This document shows positions 51,666 through 64,000 of a stretch of DNA of 64,000 bases, one piece after another. The stretch comes from Octopus bimaculoides (Eukaryota). The stretch is from contig NC_068992.1 of the NCBI RefSeq assembly GCF_001194135.2, positions 6,930,694 through 6,994,693 of the forward strand. The letters are read 5' to 3'. The notes under the pieces are model-generated. The model saw only the letters and a program-made list of their open reading frames with translations, was not told the DNA's origin and did not search any database. Both the position numbers and the translations under genes were made by a program. Position 1 is the stretch's first letter; each line of letters opens with the position of its first letter.

Positions 51666-51992
51666 CAAAGAAGCTGTGTTATTGATTTATGACCCCTTTG
51701 CATATCCAGCAAAAGTATTGGTGATAATAGAATAAAACAGAGGAATGGGAATACACAGATAATGTATTCCACTGCAAAGGGGAGGAGGAGGAGATATTGA
51801 TGCTTCAGACAATTTATCTTCTATAATAACAGATAAAAGGAGAAGAGGGCGGGAAATTAAATGAAAGGTCTTTGTGTGCATGACAATACCTGATAGGGAG
51901 TAAGCAAAGGTTAGTAGTATTCAGCAGAGAAGAGCAGGCAAAATAGAAGGTACACACTAGACATACACTGAATGGGCTAAACTTGAGAGAAG

Positions 51993-52037
<45 letters not shown>

Positions 52038-52049
52038 TATAGAATTAGA

Positions 52050-52800
52050 TGTGTAAGAGGTGTTGGGTGACTGCAATAATGATATTTGAAGACTGATGTG
52101 ACTTGACAGAAAAAATTAAGGTGTAATTAATGCTTGAGTGAGGCATAATAATATGTGGGTAGCAGGAAGAGTGTATTACATGTTCATAGGTATGGGTAGA
52201 TGAGTAACAATGGGGTGAAAGAAAGTGTATGTGTGCATGTTTTTGGTGTATTGAATGAAGGTTGAAGAAAGTGAGTTGGTTTTTGGTAGCAGATGGAGAG
52301 GCTGTTTCTAAGCCAAAGATTAACAGCAAAGGTGATAAATTGGAATGTTGTAGTGTTGTACCAGACAACAAAAAGTAAGATGAAGGTGGGGTCCTGCAGA
52401 ACTGAAATAGCATTTGAAAGGTTTGGGAGATTCAATACTATTTCATTGGAAAGCTAGCGAATCCTCTCTAAAACAATTAGTGAGTCTCTAACCAGTTTCC
52501 TCTTTATAAACCAAAGAATTAGCATTTGATATTGTAAATGACATTTTAAAATTTCTTTGGGGTACAAGTGAAATAGGCCATGACATAAAAAGAGGTCTTA
52601 CAACTGTGTTTGATGGTGATGTTCTGAACAAAGGAACAAGTGTTTCAAAAACAGTGGGAGCAAGCAGAGGGTTCTGGTTGGATGTAACAATGGTTGAAGA
52701 AACTGAATACAAGAAGGCTGCCAGGGTCTTATAGATTGATATTCCATCAACTTGGTTTTGATGTAACTCTGTTTATGCTTATATAAAATATTAAACACAA
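52050..52800 (-). mobile_element. possible LINE ORF1/ORF2 junction relic
   Basis: Minus frame has an S/T/P-rich stretch followed by KMSFTISNANSLVYK, similar to the APE N-terminal (..I...NANSL.NK) motif. Downstream is heavily decayed. Confidence 0.3.
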
Positions 52801-53586
52801 GAATATCAGAAGAATTATTTAATGTTTGGCATCAGGGGAAATCATTTTGTCTTTAAAGCGTATCAGAAATGTTTCACTGTTGTGATGATGTTCTTAATCA
52901 GATTAATTATCAGCATGTAGGTCATTAGGAGAGATTTGTTGATTTAATCAACCAATTTACAAATAAATGATAAATTGAAAATAGATTTCTGATTGAGAAA
53001 GATAAAATGTTTAAGAACAGGTTTTTTTTCTTCTTTTGACTTTATATTTCAAGATGTAATCATACCATAATTTCTTTGACACTGGCAATAAAATTTGAAG
53101 ACAGGACTCTATTAACTGATTTTAAATGAGAAGATTTCACTAATTCAGACTCTCAGGAATCGTGTGGCCCTTTGATCTGCTGAAAACAACTGCCAAATTT
53201 CCCATGAATCACAGCCTATCATATCTGAAGAAAAAGAAAAGCAAGATGTTCATAGCTGGAAAGCTTTTGATCATAGGCCTACTAAATCAGGGCCAACCTG
53301 GGGAGCCAGTGTTATAGGACAATTATTTCTTAACCAGAAAATAAGATAGAAGTCTATATTTCTTTATCTTCATTTACTATCTTGCACAAAATAAAGAGAA
53401 CCACAAAAGAAATGTCACACACATAGAAATAGAAACTGGTTTATTAACAGACTGCCATAGCATTGATTAAAGTGTGTTAATTAAGAAACCACTCTTTCTT
53501 AATGATAAAATGTCATTTCTTGAAACATGTTTGACATCACATGATATCACATGACAAAGGAGTGTCCTGGATCCAAAGAGATGAAC

Positions 53587-54390
53587 TCAGTATCTTGTGT
53601 GACCACCATTAGCATTGATTACCACCAGGCATCTTCTGTATATTGAATGCACCAAAAGACTGATTAAGGCCATGAGGATAGTAGCCCACATTCTGTTAAA
53701 ACTTGCAGTGAGTTGTGATGCAGTTGTCGGATTTGGGTGGATGTCATTTAGCCTTCTTTGGATTTCATCCCATTGGTGCTCTATGGTGTTCAAGTTCGAG
53801 CATAAGACGGGCCATGGCAGTGTCTGGATATTGTGCTGTTGGAGGAAGTCTATTGTCAATCTGGTAGTATGAGCACAGGTGTTGTCATGTTGGAACATGT
53901 GATTCCAATGTCAGGCAAAGTATGACACAATGTGAGGCCTCAACACTTGGTCGATGTAGCAAGCAGTGATTACTCCATTGCCCCAGCTTTGGCCGATGTT
54001 TTGGAAGACCACCAGTCCAAGTTTCTAGTTGAGTGCAATCCTGCCCCATACCATGATGCTCTGTCCTCCCTGTGAGTCTCTCTCCACCACACAGCCATGG
54101 GCATGACGTTCGCTCTTTCTTCTCTAAACCCTAGCTCTGCCATCTGCCACAGAAATATAATATCGATCTTTATCAGAGAAGACTACAGTCCTCCACTGCT
54201 GATATTACCAGTTCTGACGTTTTTGAGCCCACTGCAGATGTGCCCATCGATGACAATCGATGAGGATGGGGCCCCTAGCCAGTTGTCGACAAGACAGATT
54301 GAAAGATCTTAGCTGGCAGCAAACTGTCTCTGCACAAATTTGCCTCAGTAACTTTTGTCCAGCCCATAAACATGGAAAAGTAAACATTAA
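53587..54390 (-). mobile_element. Tc1-family transposase relic
   Basis: 53587-53898 encodes FQHDNTCAHT...LPWPVLCSNLNTIEHQWDEIQRRL...CLVVINANGGHTRY (Tc1 QDNA..H, WP..SPDLNPIE, GG.T.Y motifs). Upstream frames give YIDQVLRPH, SIMVWG, VVFSDK and HRWAHLQWA, broken by stops. Confidence 0.9.
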
Positions 54391-54399
54391 AACAATAAT

Positions 54400-55010
54400 G
54401 ATTGTGTTCCTTGTTTCTGAGGAGTGTGTATAGCTAAGATCCCCTCTATTTTATCTCTTTTATACACCATACATCTATACATCTCAACTATTTCTTCAGT
54501 TATACTTTTTATTGTGCCAATATTATTAGTGTCAACACCTGAGGTGATGTACTTGCCAGGATGGCTGGCAGATTCTTTGATGTCTGTTTTCTGCATTGAA
54601 AAGAGAGCTGATGCAATCATTTGATGATGGTAGAGGAGTTCTCACACATGACCAGATATTTCCACCTGACGTCTCCACCCCACTTCATGCATCCACATAT
54701 ACTGCTAACATGACATGTGTCAGTCCTGGGTACATAATTATGGCATTTCGTTGTCTTCGTGACTGTCATGGTTTTGGCACAGCATTATTGGCTGGATGTC
54801 CTTCTGATCACCATCCACTTTATTGTATGCATTTGGCACCTTTGCATCATTTGCACAAAAGGGGCCATATTCAGAATTGCTGCTATCTTAGTTGGGTTTC
54901 CCTCACTGCAGCTTCCAGAGTTCAAATCTCTTCTGTGCAGCTAGTCCAGTATCCTTTCCATAAACTTTTGTATTTGTTTGGATTCCCATTTTCCTAAATG
55001 TGTAACCTTC
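54400..55010 (-). mobile_element. possible LINE ORF1 relic
   Basis: Minus frames give AKCIQ*SG..SEGHPANN (cf. the KC.NC.G.HPA knuckle-like motif of I/Jockey ORF1) and KYITSGVDTNNIG; many stops. Weak. Confidence 0.3.
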
Positions 55011-55584
55011 ACTATCACTGCAAAGATATCTCTCTATGCAAGGAGGGAGTGTGATCCTAGATATTTTAATTCGCTTTCACTCTGTTAAGATGTCTCCATT
55101 GAAGAGAGTGGTCAGTAAGGGAGGTGGCAAGTTGTAATGAAGCTGAATCCTTGTTATTAGGCAGAAGAGGCATTAGAATTGGAAATTGTGGAGCTGAGTA
55201 AGTGGGAGGGATTGAATAAAACAATGAAGAAAGCTGAAATATTATCAGTTTTAAATATCAAGTAAGATTTACTTAAAATTGTTTTCCTAATTGAATTCAG
55301 AGAGACTTATTTATATGTTAAAGATATTTACATAAATATGTAAATAATACATAATACAATAGATATTAACAAAAGAAATTATGGAAAACAGTCTTATACG
55401 AAATTATACCAACTAAAATAATTGAAAATCAGACAAGTGAAATGGAATATCAGTGACCCAGTCTTAAAAGTTTGACAATGGACATTCATACTCAATATCA
55501 TATGCTGCTGGAAATAATTAATTTTAACATAAGCACATAGTCACACACATTTGAGGAAAAGTTGTGGTTGATTATATCAACTAC

Positions 55585-55745
55585 AGTATTGCTATCCAGT
55601 CAACTAGAGATCTTTTATGCAGTCTACCTGTTAGATATAGCAACAAATTACCCTCAATTAACACCCTACCATCTTAAAAAAAACAAAAAAAAACAGATAG
55701 AGATATTGGACAATCAATTGCAGCATAGAAGATGCATGCTAGCCA
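55585..55745. mobile_element. Family D repeat
   Basis: CTACCTGTTAGATATAGCAACAAATTACCCTCAA..AACACCCTACCATCTTAAAAAAA. Confidence 0.55.
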
Positions 55746-57976
55746 TTAAAAAACTTAAAACAATTAATAAATGTTTAAGTGAAGTTAATGACCTTTGTAC
55801 ATATTTAAATGGCTAACATGTGTCTTTTGTGTTGCAATTGTTTTAGTTTCAACACCCAGTCTCAGATCAAATTGCTTCTCTGGCAACTATACCATTGAAA
55901 TATTAGACGATGCAGTCAGAGATCTATAAAAAGATGGATCATAGTTGAAATATCATTGATAACTCAATTGAAGTAGATAACAACAGCACTTATTGACACC
56001 CAGAAAGATTAGAGAGAGAGTTTACCTTGGTAAATCTGAAGATATAAAATTCTGTAATTCAATACTATAAAGCATTTTATCTGCCAGTTTGTTAATTCTG
56101 TCATTGTTCCTCTGAAGGTTAGAATTAGATGAAATAAAGTAACTGTGGATGTAGCTTTTAAAGGGTCAGAATGACTTTATCATGATGCAACTCTCTATAA
56201 AATATTGTCCCTTTATCTATTAAGAAAGTGACTTTAAAATCAAACTACAGGTATAATTTCATGGAAGAATGTAGAATTTGGGGAAACTTGTAATGGCCAG
56301 CATCAGTAAAAATTAGTCAGTAGCAGAGTTTATAGGAGAGTTTGTTATGTTCAGATTCTGTAAGGAGGGAAGAGACTAAAGTTTCAGGCTTTTTCTGTTG
56401 TCAAAGAGGAGGGTGCAGAGAGAGATGCTATTATCACTTATGCTGTAGGCAAGTATTTTAACAGCTTCATGGAACTCTCATGTGTGAACTCTTCTAGTAT
56501 AATCTATACTTTGTAGAATGAAGATATCTCATCAATATAATTGCTTTTGTCATTCCTCATTTGTTCACATAACATAGCAATTCTATTGTTATATTAAAAT
56601 AGTGTTTTAAGAAATTTTATTTCTATGGAATTCTTGAAAGCTTACATTATTGTTATTTAGTTCCAGTCCAACTGTTTTTGAACAAACAAACTTCTGGTCA
56701 ACAGCAGTCTAACTAAGGCTAACCTTTCATTTGGGGGATATCTAGGACTACCTATTCAATTTTTTCCTTCGTTTAACGTTTAAAAGAGATTCGATTACTG
56801 TTTCTAGCTGGTCAATGTGACCACATAATTTCCCGACTCAACATATTTCTGCCATCATTGATTTGCATTTCCTCTGTGAATTATGAACAATTATATATGT
56901 TAGGTATAGCTTGGTCAGAGGAGAAAGAACAGCCTTTGTGACCCTATTCAGGGTTTTCTTTATGGGCACATTTCTAAGTTCAAAATCTTCTATAAAATTG
57001 GTTTTGCTGTGTTGCCCCCAAGTAAGCCCCGATTAAGCAGACATATGAGAAAAAAAACATTCCAGAAGTAACCATCCCATGCTTTTGTTTTTCTCTCAAG
57101 CATATTTCATCTAGGACTGCATTATCCAAAGTGTCCTCCACTTTTCTGAAAGAGCACGATGGGATTTGGTTGCTATTTCTTGTAAGTTGAGCACACATAT
57201 TGTAGCTCTCTCTTTGGGGAAAATTAATACCATAACACTCCCAGAAACCCTTAATTATCATAGTCTTTATGCCTTATGAAATGAGAACTGACAAAAATAT
57301 TTGGTTAGCCATGTATTTAAATATAGCTAAAAACGATAGCTGATTTATCTTTAGCTAGAAACTATTATTACTGTAATTATATTAAAAAGAATGTCTTTAA
57401 TACAAGGAGACTTCTGGCTTAATTTGTGGCTTGTATTTCCAAACAAGTTTGTAATCAGAAGTTTTCAAAATGTGTTGATAATATTTCTTTCAATCAAAGC
57501 TCTTACAGAAAAGCATAGTTCTAGAATCTTTGGTTAGTTTTGGAGATTTAATTATGTGAAATTGTTTTGATATAAGAGTTAACGGTTTGTTCCTACATTA
57601 ATTGGATTTAATTCAAATGGAATTATAAAATTGTTTTGTAAGGGGAAAATGTTAAAAGGTAATGTTTTGAATGCTAAAATTTCTACATTGAATCTAGAAA
57701 TCATTATTAGAAAAGGGGTGTAAGGAAAGGGTTTGTGTAATAGCTATTGGAAACAACCAAGCAGTTGTGAGCTATAATAAAACAGCAAATAATTAAATCA
57801 AATATAAATATAACAATTGAATTATTCTGTTATTAAATTTCCTTGACTAGTAATAGTAGTATTGCTGGATAAACAAACATGTTGATACTGCATCTATATA
57901 AGCAATAACCGTTTCTGATATATAACATTAGTTTTGAATAATATTTGAGAGCCTGGGATCAAAGTGTTTGTGGAAA

Positions 57977-58008
<32 letters not shown>

Positions 58009-60600
58009 TGTTAAATAAATAAATGATAAAGTTAATCAATAAGGAACATTTTTATCAGTTATCATCTGCCTGTTTTGTTATATCATATATTTCTTAGTAA
58101 CAGACTTTCAGAAACATCAGCTTCAATTAAAACAACCAATTAAATTACTGCTCTAGATATCAATACATATTCACAATGAAATGGTTTTGCATTATGTAAA
58201 GAGCTGAAATGTTTAATATGGTTAACAAATCGACCTATTACAATACTAAGAAATCAGAAAAACTGAACCAAATTTAAATTCCTGTAGCTGTGTTTATTCC
58301 TATCACTCCTTACCAAATTCATATAAATTATTTCATATTCTTATCATCAATGTCATACTCATATCACTCGTCCCTTTTTAGAGTATTTTATATCACCCAT
58401 ACTATACTAAATATCATTCATATGATATTCATATAGCTCTTGCCCTCCTATTCACATTGCTCTTAATTTTAACCCAAGGCTTAAGTGATATCCAAATCAC
58501 TTAAACCTAAGGTTACTCCTGATTAAACAGAACAATGGTCAAATGTGTTCCAACTGAGGTAAATACATATTGGAATGTATTTGTTGTAAACTGAGAGCTA
58601 TTAGTCAGTTGTGGAGTTAAGTAATGCAGTTAATTGCCTGAAAAATAACGTTTTTGCTTCCAGAAGGGAAATTCAGTAAATCCCCTTTGATGGAAGAGGT
58701 AAAGGACATAAATCTATGAATAGAGTTTTTTGTTTTTTGTTTTTTTGTTATTTAAACTAATAGGAAGAGTGATGATTTGTATCATTGAAATGGAGTAACC
58801 ACGATTAATACTGATTGATAGAGTGGAGTGATTCAAAGAGATGATCAATACTTAGTTGAACCAGAGTTGGATTGTAAAATTGATAATGCATCATTAGTAC
58901 AGATGGATATAGTATAATTAATGAGCATGGAAGATTAAGAATCAGGTAATTAGTTCTCAGTGTAACTGGTAAGGAAGTTTAGCTAGGTTTATATACTTCC
59001 ATACTTTACTGTTCTCACATGCAATTGCCTATTTTTTAATATGATGGTTAAAAGCTTTATGTCACTTGTGTGTCATATACAAAAATAACATTATCATTTA
59101 ATCTGGCTTTATTTAAGCTATATAAGTTATTTCCAAGACAGGAATAAGATTCTAGGTATTGTCATGGAGAATAAGCATTCTGTTACATAGCTGATCTAAT
59201 TAGTTCTGGAAATGATTACAAAGGAAGGATTATAGCAAACATAAGGAACATGCAGAAGAGTTAAGGTAGCTATTACCTTTATTGGTTTCTCATTGCATGC
59301 AAAAGGCAGGTGGTATGAAATCTGCAGGGAATGTGAGGCTGAATGTTTGAGAAGTGTGCAATAGATGCAGAAAATTTGAATATAAACCATAATTTGAGGT
59401 TTTGTGCTTTTACCTGACATCTCAAGTCATAATGGTATATTTTTGTTGTTATAAAAAGTAATATATCTGAAATAATGAAGCTTAATGACATTTTAAAATT
59501 AACCTTAGCTCTTAATATTTTATTTTGTTCCATTTCTTCTCTACTCTGCAATTCTGATTTTGTGAATGTGTGTGTGTGTGTATAGATACATGCACACACA
59601 GATACACATATTTTATTTTTCTTCTTTGCATTTCCTTATCTGCATGTCTAAATCCAGTTTCTAATATTAATCTACTCCTTCCTCCCCAAACCCACCACAC
59701 ACCCCACTCTCATCCCACTCCATCATTGTACTTATGTATTTCCTTTGCAACTTTATAGCTCTAAGTTTAGCATTGCCCAAAAGAGTTAGCTGCACCAAGA
59801 AAGTCTCTGACATGTATCAGAGTTATCGGTGAACTGAAGCATAAAGCAGTTGTCAATGTGATTACTTCTATAAATTACTTCAGCTATGATAGAATCATTT
59901 GACATCAGATAATATGTTTTCAGTACCAGCTTTATCATAAAACCTGCTATATCTGTTTTATTTCATGATTTACTTTTATTTATTTTATCTTTCTTTCTGT
60001 TTATGTATTAATTCTATTTTAAAAATTATTTTTATTTAACTTCCTTGATATATATACCAACTGATTACTAATCTCATTAACATGTCATCTATAAGGATGT
60101 CAATCTTTATTTTATTGATCCAATCAGTTTTGATTAGCAATGAATATTATCACATGTTTATTTAACCATTCTGACATAAAGTTCGGTTATCTTCCTTTTT
60201 ATTCACAATTCCATCTCAGATATAGTTGACTTAGTCTGTTTTATGTTTTTTCATTAAAAGCTAATAATAATAAACAACAAACCCTAGCACCATGTAGTGC
60301 AAAAAGAAGGCAAAAAAGTGCCGACATATGTCATGTTTGTGCATTTGAATGCACATGAACTTTTAGCTCAGTTTTCAGATTACAGATAAACTGATAATTT
60401 TAGATATAAAATAACAAGTTCACAATTCTGTGCATCAGTTTGGGTTATATGATAGCAACTGGGCCCAATTAAGCTCTAGTTTGAGAGAGAAGGGAACAAC
60501 ATCCCTCTTATATAGCACCAATATATGTATACATGTGTGTGTGTGTGTGTGTGTGTGTTTCTTCATATATATGATCAGAATTCATTTGCACTCTCAAGTA

Positions 60601-60843
60601 AATCCTTCTGCATTAGCAGCATAGTGTAGCAGGCTTTGTTTGTTGTTTCTCAAATACTCTTCCATGTTTCTTCTTCCACTGTTGATGCACTTCCATATGC
60701 TAATCAGGTCATGTCCACTTTTACACCTCTACATGTAGAGCTTGTGCATGTTCGCCTTAGGATGGATGGAGTTCACCATGTATTGTCATTGTCTTTCTGC
60801 TAGTGCAGTTGAGTTGGTTAATCTCCACTTGTGTCTGTTTCAG
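60601..60843 (-). mobile_element. R4/Dong-like non-LTR reverse-transcriptase C-terminal fragment
   Basis: Minus: LKQTQVEINQLNCTSRKTMTIHGELHP, then a 4-bp CATC duplication frameshift, then KANMHKLYM*RCKSGHDLISIWKCI...EEYLRNNKQSLL. Matches the LDRKTRKLMT.HG.LHPKADVDRLY..R..GGRGLISI motif of R4/Dong/Rex6-type elements. Confidence 0.75.
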
Positions 60844-60844
60844 A

Positions 60845-60912
60845 ATTATTATTATTATTATTATTATTATTATNNNNNNNNNNTTATTATTATTATTATT
60901 ATTATTATTATT
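60845..60912. repeat. (ATT)n microsatellite (with 10-nt gap); second (ATT)n at 61453-61490
   Basis: Direct inspection. Confidence 0.98.
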
Positions 60913-61449
60913 GAGTGAGAGAACCATGCATATCATCAAAGTGACACTGGGGTAAAATATATGAAGCCCAATGTACCCATCATGACTACCCGTCTGATAA
61001 GGGTAGACCAAGCACATGCATCACAACCATATGTGTGCAACATAGTGATCTCATATCAAAATAAACAGTGCATGACCTCGCAGGTGGGGCCGAGTTAAAA
61101 TTTTCTTCAGGTCGAGTAGCCTATCCTGCTCAAAATGTCCCTGAATAAGGGTTGTTTAACGATGTTGAATGAAACACCCATGTTTCCAGAGGTGAATTAT
61201 TCAAACCCCCAAAAATTCCTCTCAATACATGGCTATGATTCTCCCCTGCTACTTCTGCTTGTGATCAGAGCCACTAAGGGACATGCTCAACTGGTTAAGG
61301 TCAAGCAATTGACAAGCAGATCTGTAGTATTGAGCTGAATATTTGCTGTAGCCCATCTTTTACACCAAGACAAAACATGTACATGGTAACACTGCCAATC
61401 AGTTAAGATCAGAAGCCATGAGAGCTAGTGCCTGGTACTGCATTGGGGC

Positions 61450-61451
<2 letters not shown>
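60913..61451. mobile_element. 539-bp non-coding element embedded in (ATT)n
   Basis: Relatively GC-rich block with sharp borders, directly flanked on both sides by in-orientation (ATT)n; no convincing ORF. Confidence 0.6.
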
Positions 61452-61493
<42 letters not shown>

Positions 61494-63649
61494 ATATACT
61501 ATTGTGTACACCACAAAAACATTTTATTGCTACCAGTATATGTGTATAAGTATGTATACACACATACAATAAATACTTCAACTGTACTTTTCTGCCTTCA
61601 ATTAAACTTCCAGTGAGTCTTCATAATATCCACATTACTGTCAGACAAAGAGAGGTCAGAAATATGACACAAACAAATTCAGTCACATACCTTTCAGGAA
61701 TGCAATTGCACCAACAAAAGGAAAGCATTCAACTTTCATCCCAGTTTCATGTTAAACATATAGTTAATCACATTTTGGTTATTATTACACTGGCAATGAA
61801 GACATTCCATCTTTATTTTGTGACTATATTTCTAATAACATACACTGCCTGTGTTTTTCAATTAATTTTGAAAAATAATCAAGATTATGGAGATATTTTA
61901 TAAAGAAATTAGTTTTCTATTAATATGATGTTGGGAACATAACTTTGGCTTCTTCAATAAAATTATGATGAAAGGTTTTAATTTAAAATGAACATGCTAT
62001 AATGGCCAGTTTTCTATCATAGAACTGGATGCAATCTCTAAGAGAATAGTAACAAAGGGGTCAGTGTGCCATCTAGTTTGTCTTGCAGTTAGGATGAGGG
62101 TCATCTCTTTTGGCAATAGGTCAGATTATCTTCTTAATCTTCTCTCATCCACATATTCTCCAGCTACTATGTACTGGCATACTGTATTATTTCTTATCAA
62201 GAGATTCATTGGTGTTTCTTTTCAAATAAGAGTCTTTGTTAAGGGGAATGAGCATGAAAAATCAAATCAGTTTGGAAGGGGTGAAAGGCAGTCAAAGTAT
62301 GAGAAAAATATTCTTAAATCACACCAGAATTTCCAAACTTTTCTGAATAAAATTAATATTTATTTTCCTTCAATGACTGGTTTTGATTTTTTATTTAAAT
62401 TGCATTATTTAATTTCTTGCATTTACTGAATAAGATGTCAATATGTGAATAAAGGTTTTTCTTATAAATTGATCCTCATACAATCATAAGAACTACATTC
62501 TAATATCATATATTGAACATACTTTCTTAATTCTAAATCTACAACTGAAAGCTTTCTTGCAAGCTGTGCTGCCTTTTCTAAGACCTCAAGTAGTTTATAC
62601 ACAAAGTTTATTTGTTCTAATACTTATATTGCACCTATCTATAGCATTGTTTATTAAGATCAACTTCCATCATACAACTTTCTTGAAATTGTCAGGAAAT
62701 AAGATTAATGAGTTACTTGGACTATAGGAATTACAGCTAAAGGAAAATAGAATGTAGACTTTAGTTCAAGCATTTATCTCTTTCCAGGATTTTTGTTTAC
62801 ATTACTTTATTAGATTTTTCCATGACCCAAGTCTATTCTTTATGATAAGCTTTCTTAATTTTCAGATACAATATCTATAGTATGTTAATCTCTCAACACT
62901 TCAACCGATATTTGTAAGGGTTGCATTTACACAAGTAAGAAAGGTTGAATTCGCCATAGGTCTTGGCTTGTTGATAAAATCTAATATTGCTTTGCTGCTT
63001 CGCATCAGAAGGAGAACAATTCAAATAAAGATAAACATGGCAGAAGACAGAGTGGTAGAGAAGATGGAAATATCTATATAAAAAGAAGAGTTTGGAGGAA
63101 GAGAGTGGAATAAACAAAGACAGAGAGTAGTAAGAAAGTGACTGCGGGGAAAATAAAAAGAAAGAAAATAGAAATAAAAAAAAAAGAACTTCAAGTATGT
63201 CAAGTGAGAGAGATGGATGATGAGAGCAAGGGCAAATGTTGAAAGAAATAATATTTAGTAAAGAAAATGAAATACTTATGAAAGTGTTGTTCTGTTTAAA
63301 GAAACACATTCAGTAGTGAAACAAATTCTAGTTACAAGTGAAGCGAAATAAATGTGGAGAAACACTTAAAAAGAGAGGCTGTAAAGGAAAGTAGAATATT
63401 AAATCTTCTAAACTAATAAGTTTATAAGAAATGTAGGTTTTCTTAAATATCCTTTTATCCTCAAAAAGTTTTGCTCTTTGTATGATTCTTCCTAACTCTC
63501 CAATGTAACTTGTAAACATTAATTTAAAAGAAAGCCATAAGTTTTCGATTGGCTTAAACTAATTTTTTTTTCACTTAGAATAATATGACTTGAACATTTT
63601 CCTACAAATTTCCTGTGTAGTATTTGATGCATAGATTATGAAACTACTC

Positions 63650-63920
63650 ATCCATCTATCTGTCTGTCTGTGTGTCTGTTTGATTGATTGTATGTCTACC
63701 TGTCTTTCCATCTATTTACCTGTCCATCCATCTAGCTGCCATCTATTTACCTGTCCATCCATCTAGCTGCCATCCATCTATTTGTCTATTTGTCTATCGC
63801 TAATTCTATTTGCCAATCTATCTACCTGTCTCTCTGTCTGTCTGATTATCTGCCTTTTTAATTATCCATCTGTCTGTCTGTTTATTTATCTATCTATCTA
63901 TCTACCTATCTCTCTACATA
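63650..63920. repeat. TCTA/TCTG/TCCA low-complexity tract with an internal ~32-bp duplication
   Basis: CCATCTATTTACCTGTCCATCCATCTAGCTG occurs twice in tandem. Confidence 0.85.
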
Positions 63921-64000
63921 TATGCCTACACGCATATAAATGTGCTTTTGCACAATGCAGTGAGAATGAATTTTGAGTAACTGTTAACTTAATGTAATTT

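Noticed and set aside
62893-63309. 138-aa minus-strand ORF
   Set aside because: Mostly low-complexity F/L/S from a purine-rich + strand; no strong splice pair or recognisable motif.

Overview
AT-rich, microsatellite-dense animal genomic DNA with seven N-gaps. The SINE heads resemble the octopus OR/OK-type tRNA-derived and CORE SINEs, so the source is probably an octopus genome (inference from recognised repeat motifs, not a database hit). I find no intact protein-coding gene, tRNA, rRNA or CRISPR array. Most long ORFs in the track are artefacts of microsatellites and N-runs. The window is dominated by four interspersed short-repeat families. Family A is a tRNA/CORE-head SINE with two alternative tails. 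Family B ends in (GAT)n. Family C is a second tRNA-head SINE. Family D is unclassified. Decayed transposon coding relics are also present: mariner, Tc1 and R4/Dong-like (well supported) and weaker RTE/L2/CR1/Tx1-like pieces. There is also a piggyBac-type MITE. The most notable non-repeat signal is a + strand recursive-splicing-like site at 45209/45210: branch point, pyrimidine tract and CAG|GTAAGT, followed by a 62-nt stop-containing cryptic exon and a second donor. This suggests the window lies in a very long intron. Other leads are an (ATT)n-embedded 539-bp element abutting a Dong-like RT fragment, a decayed hammerhead-like motif, and several long hairpins in unique sequence. Boundaries of decayed repeats are approximate.
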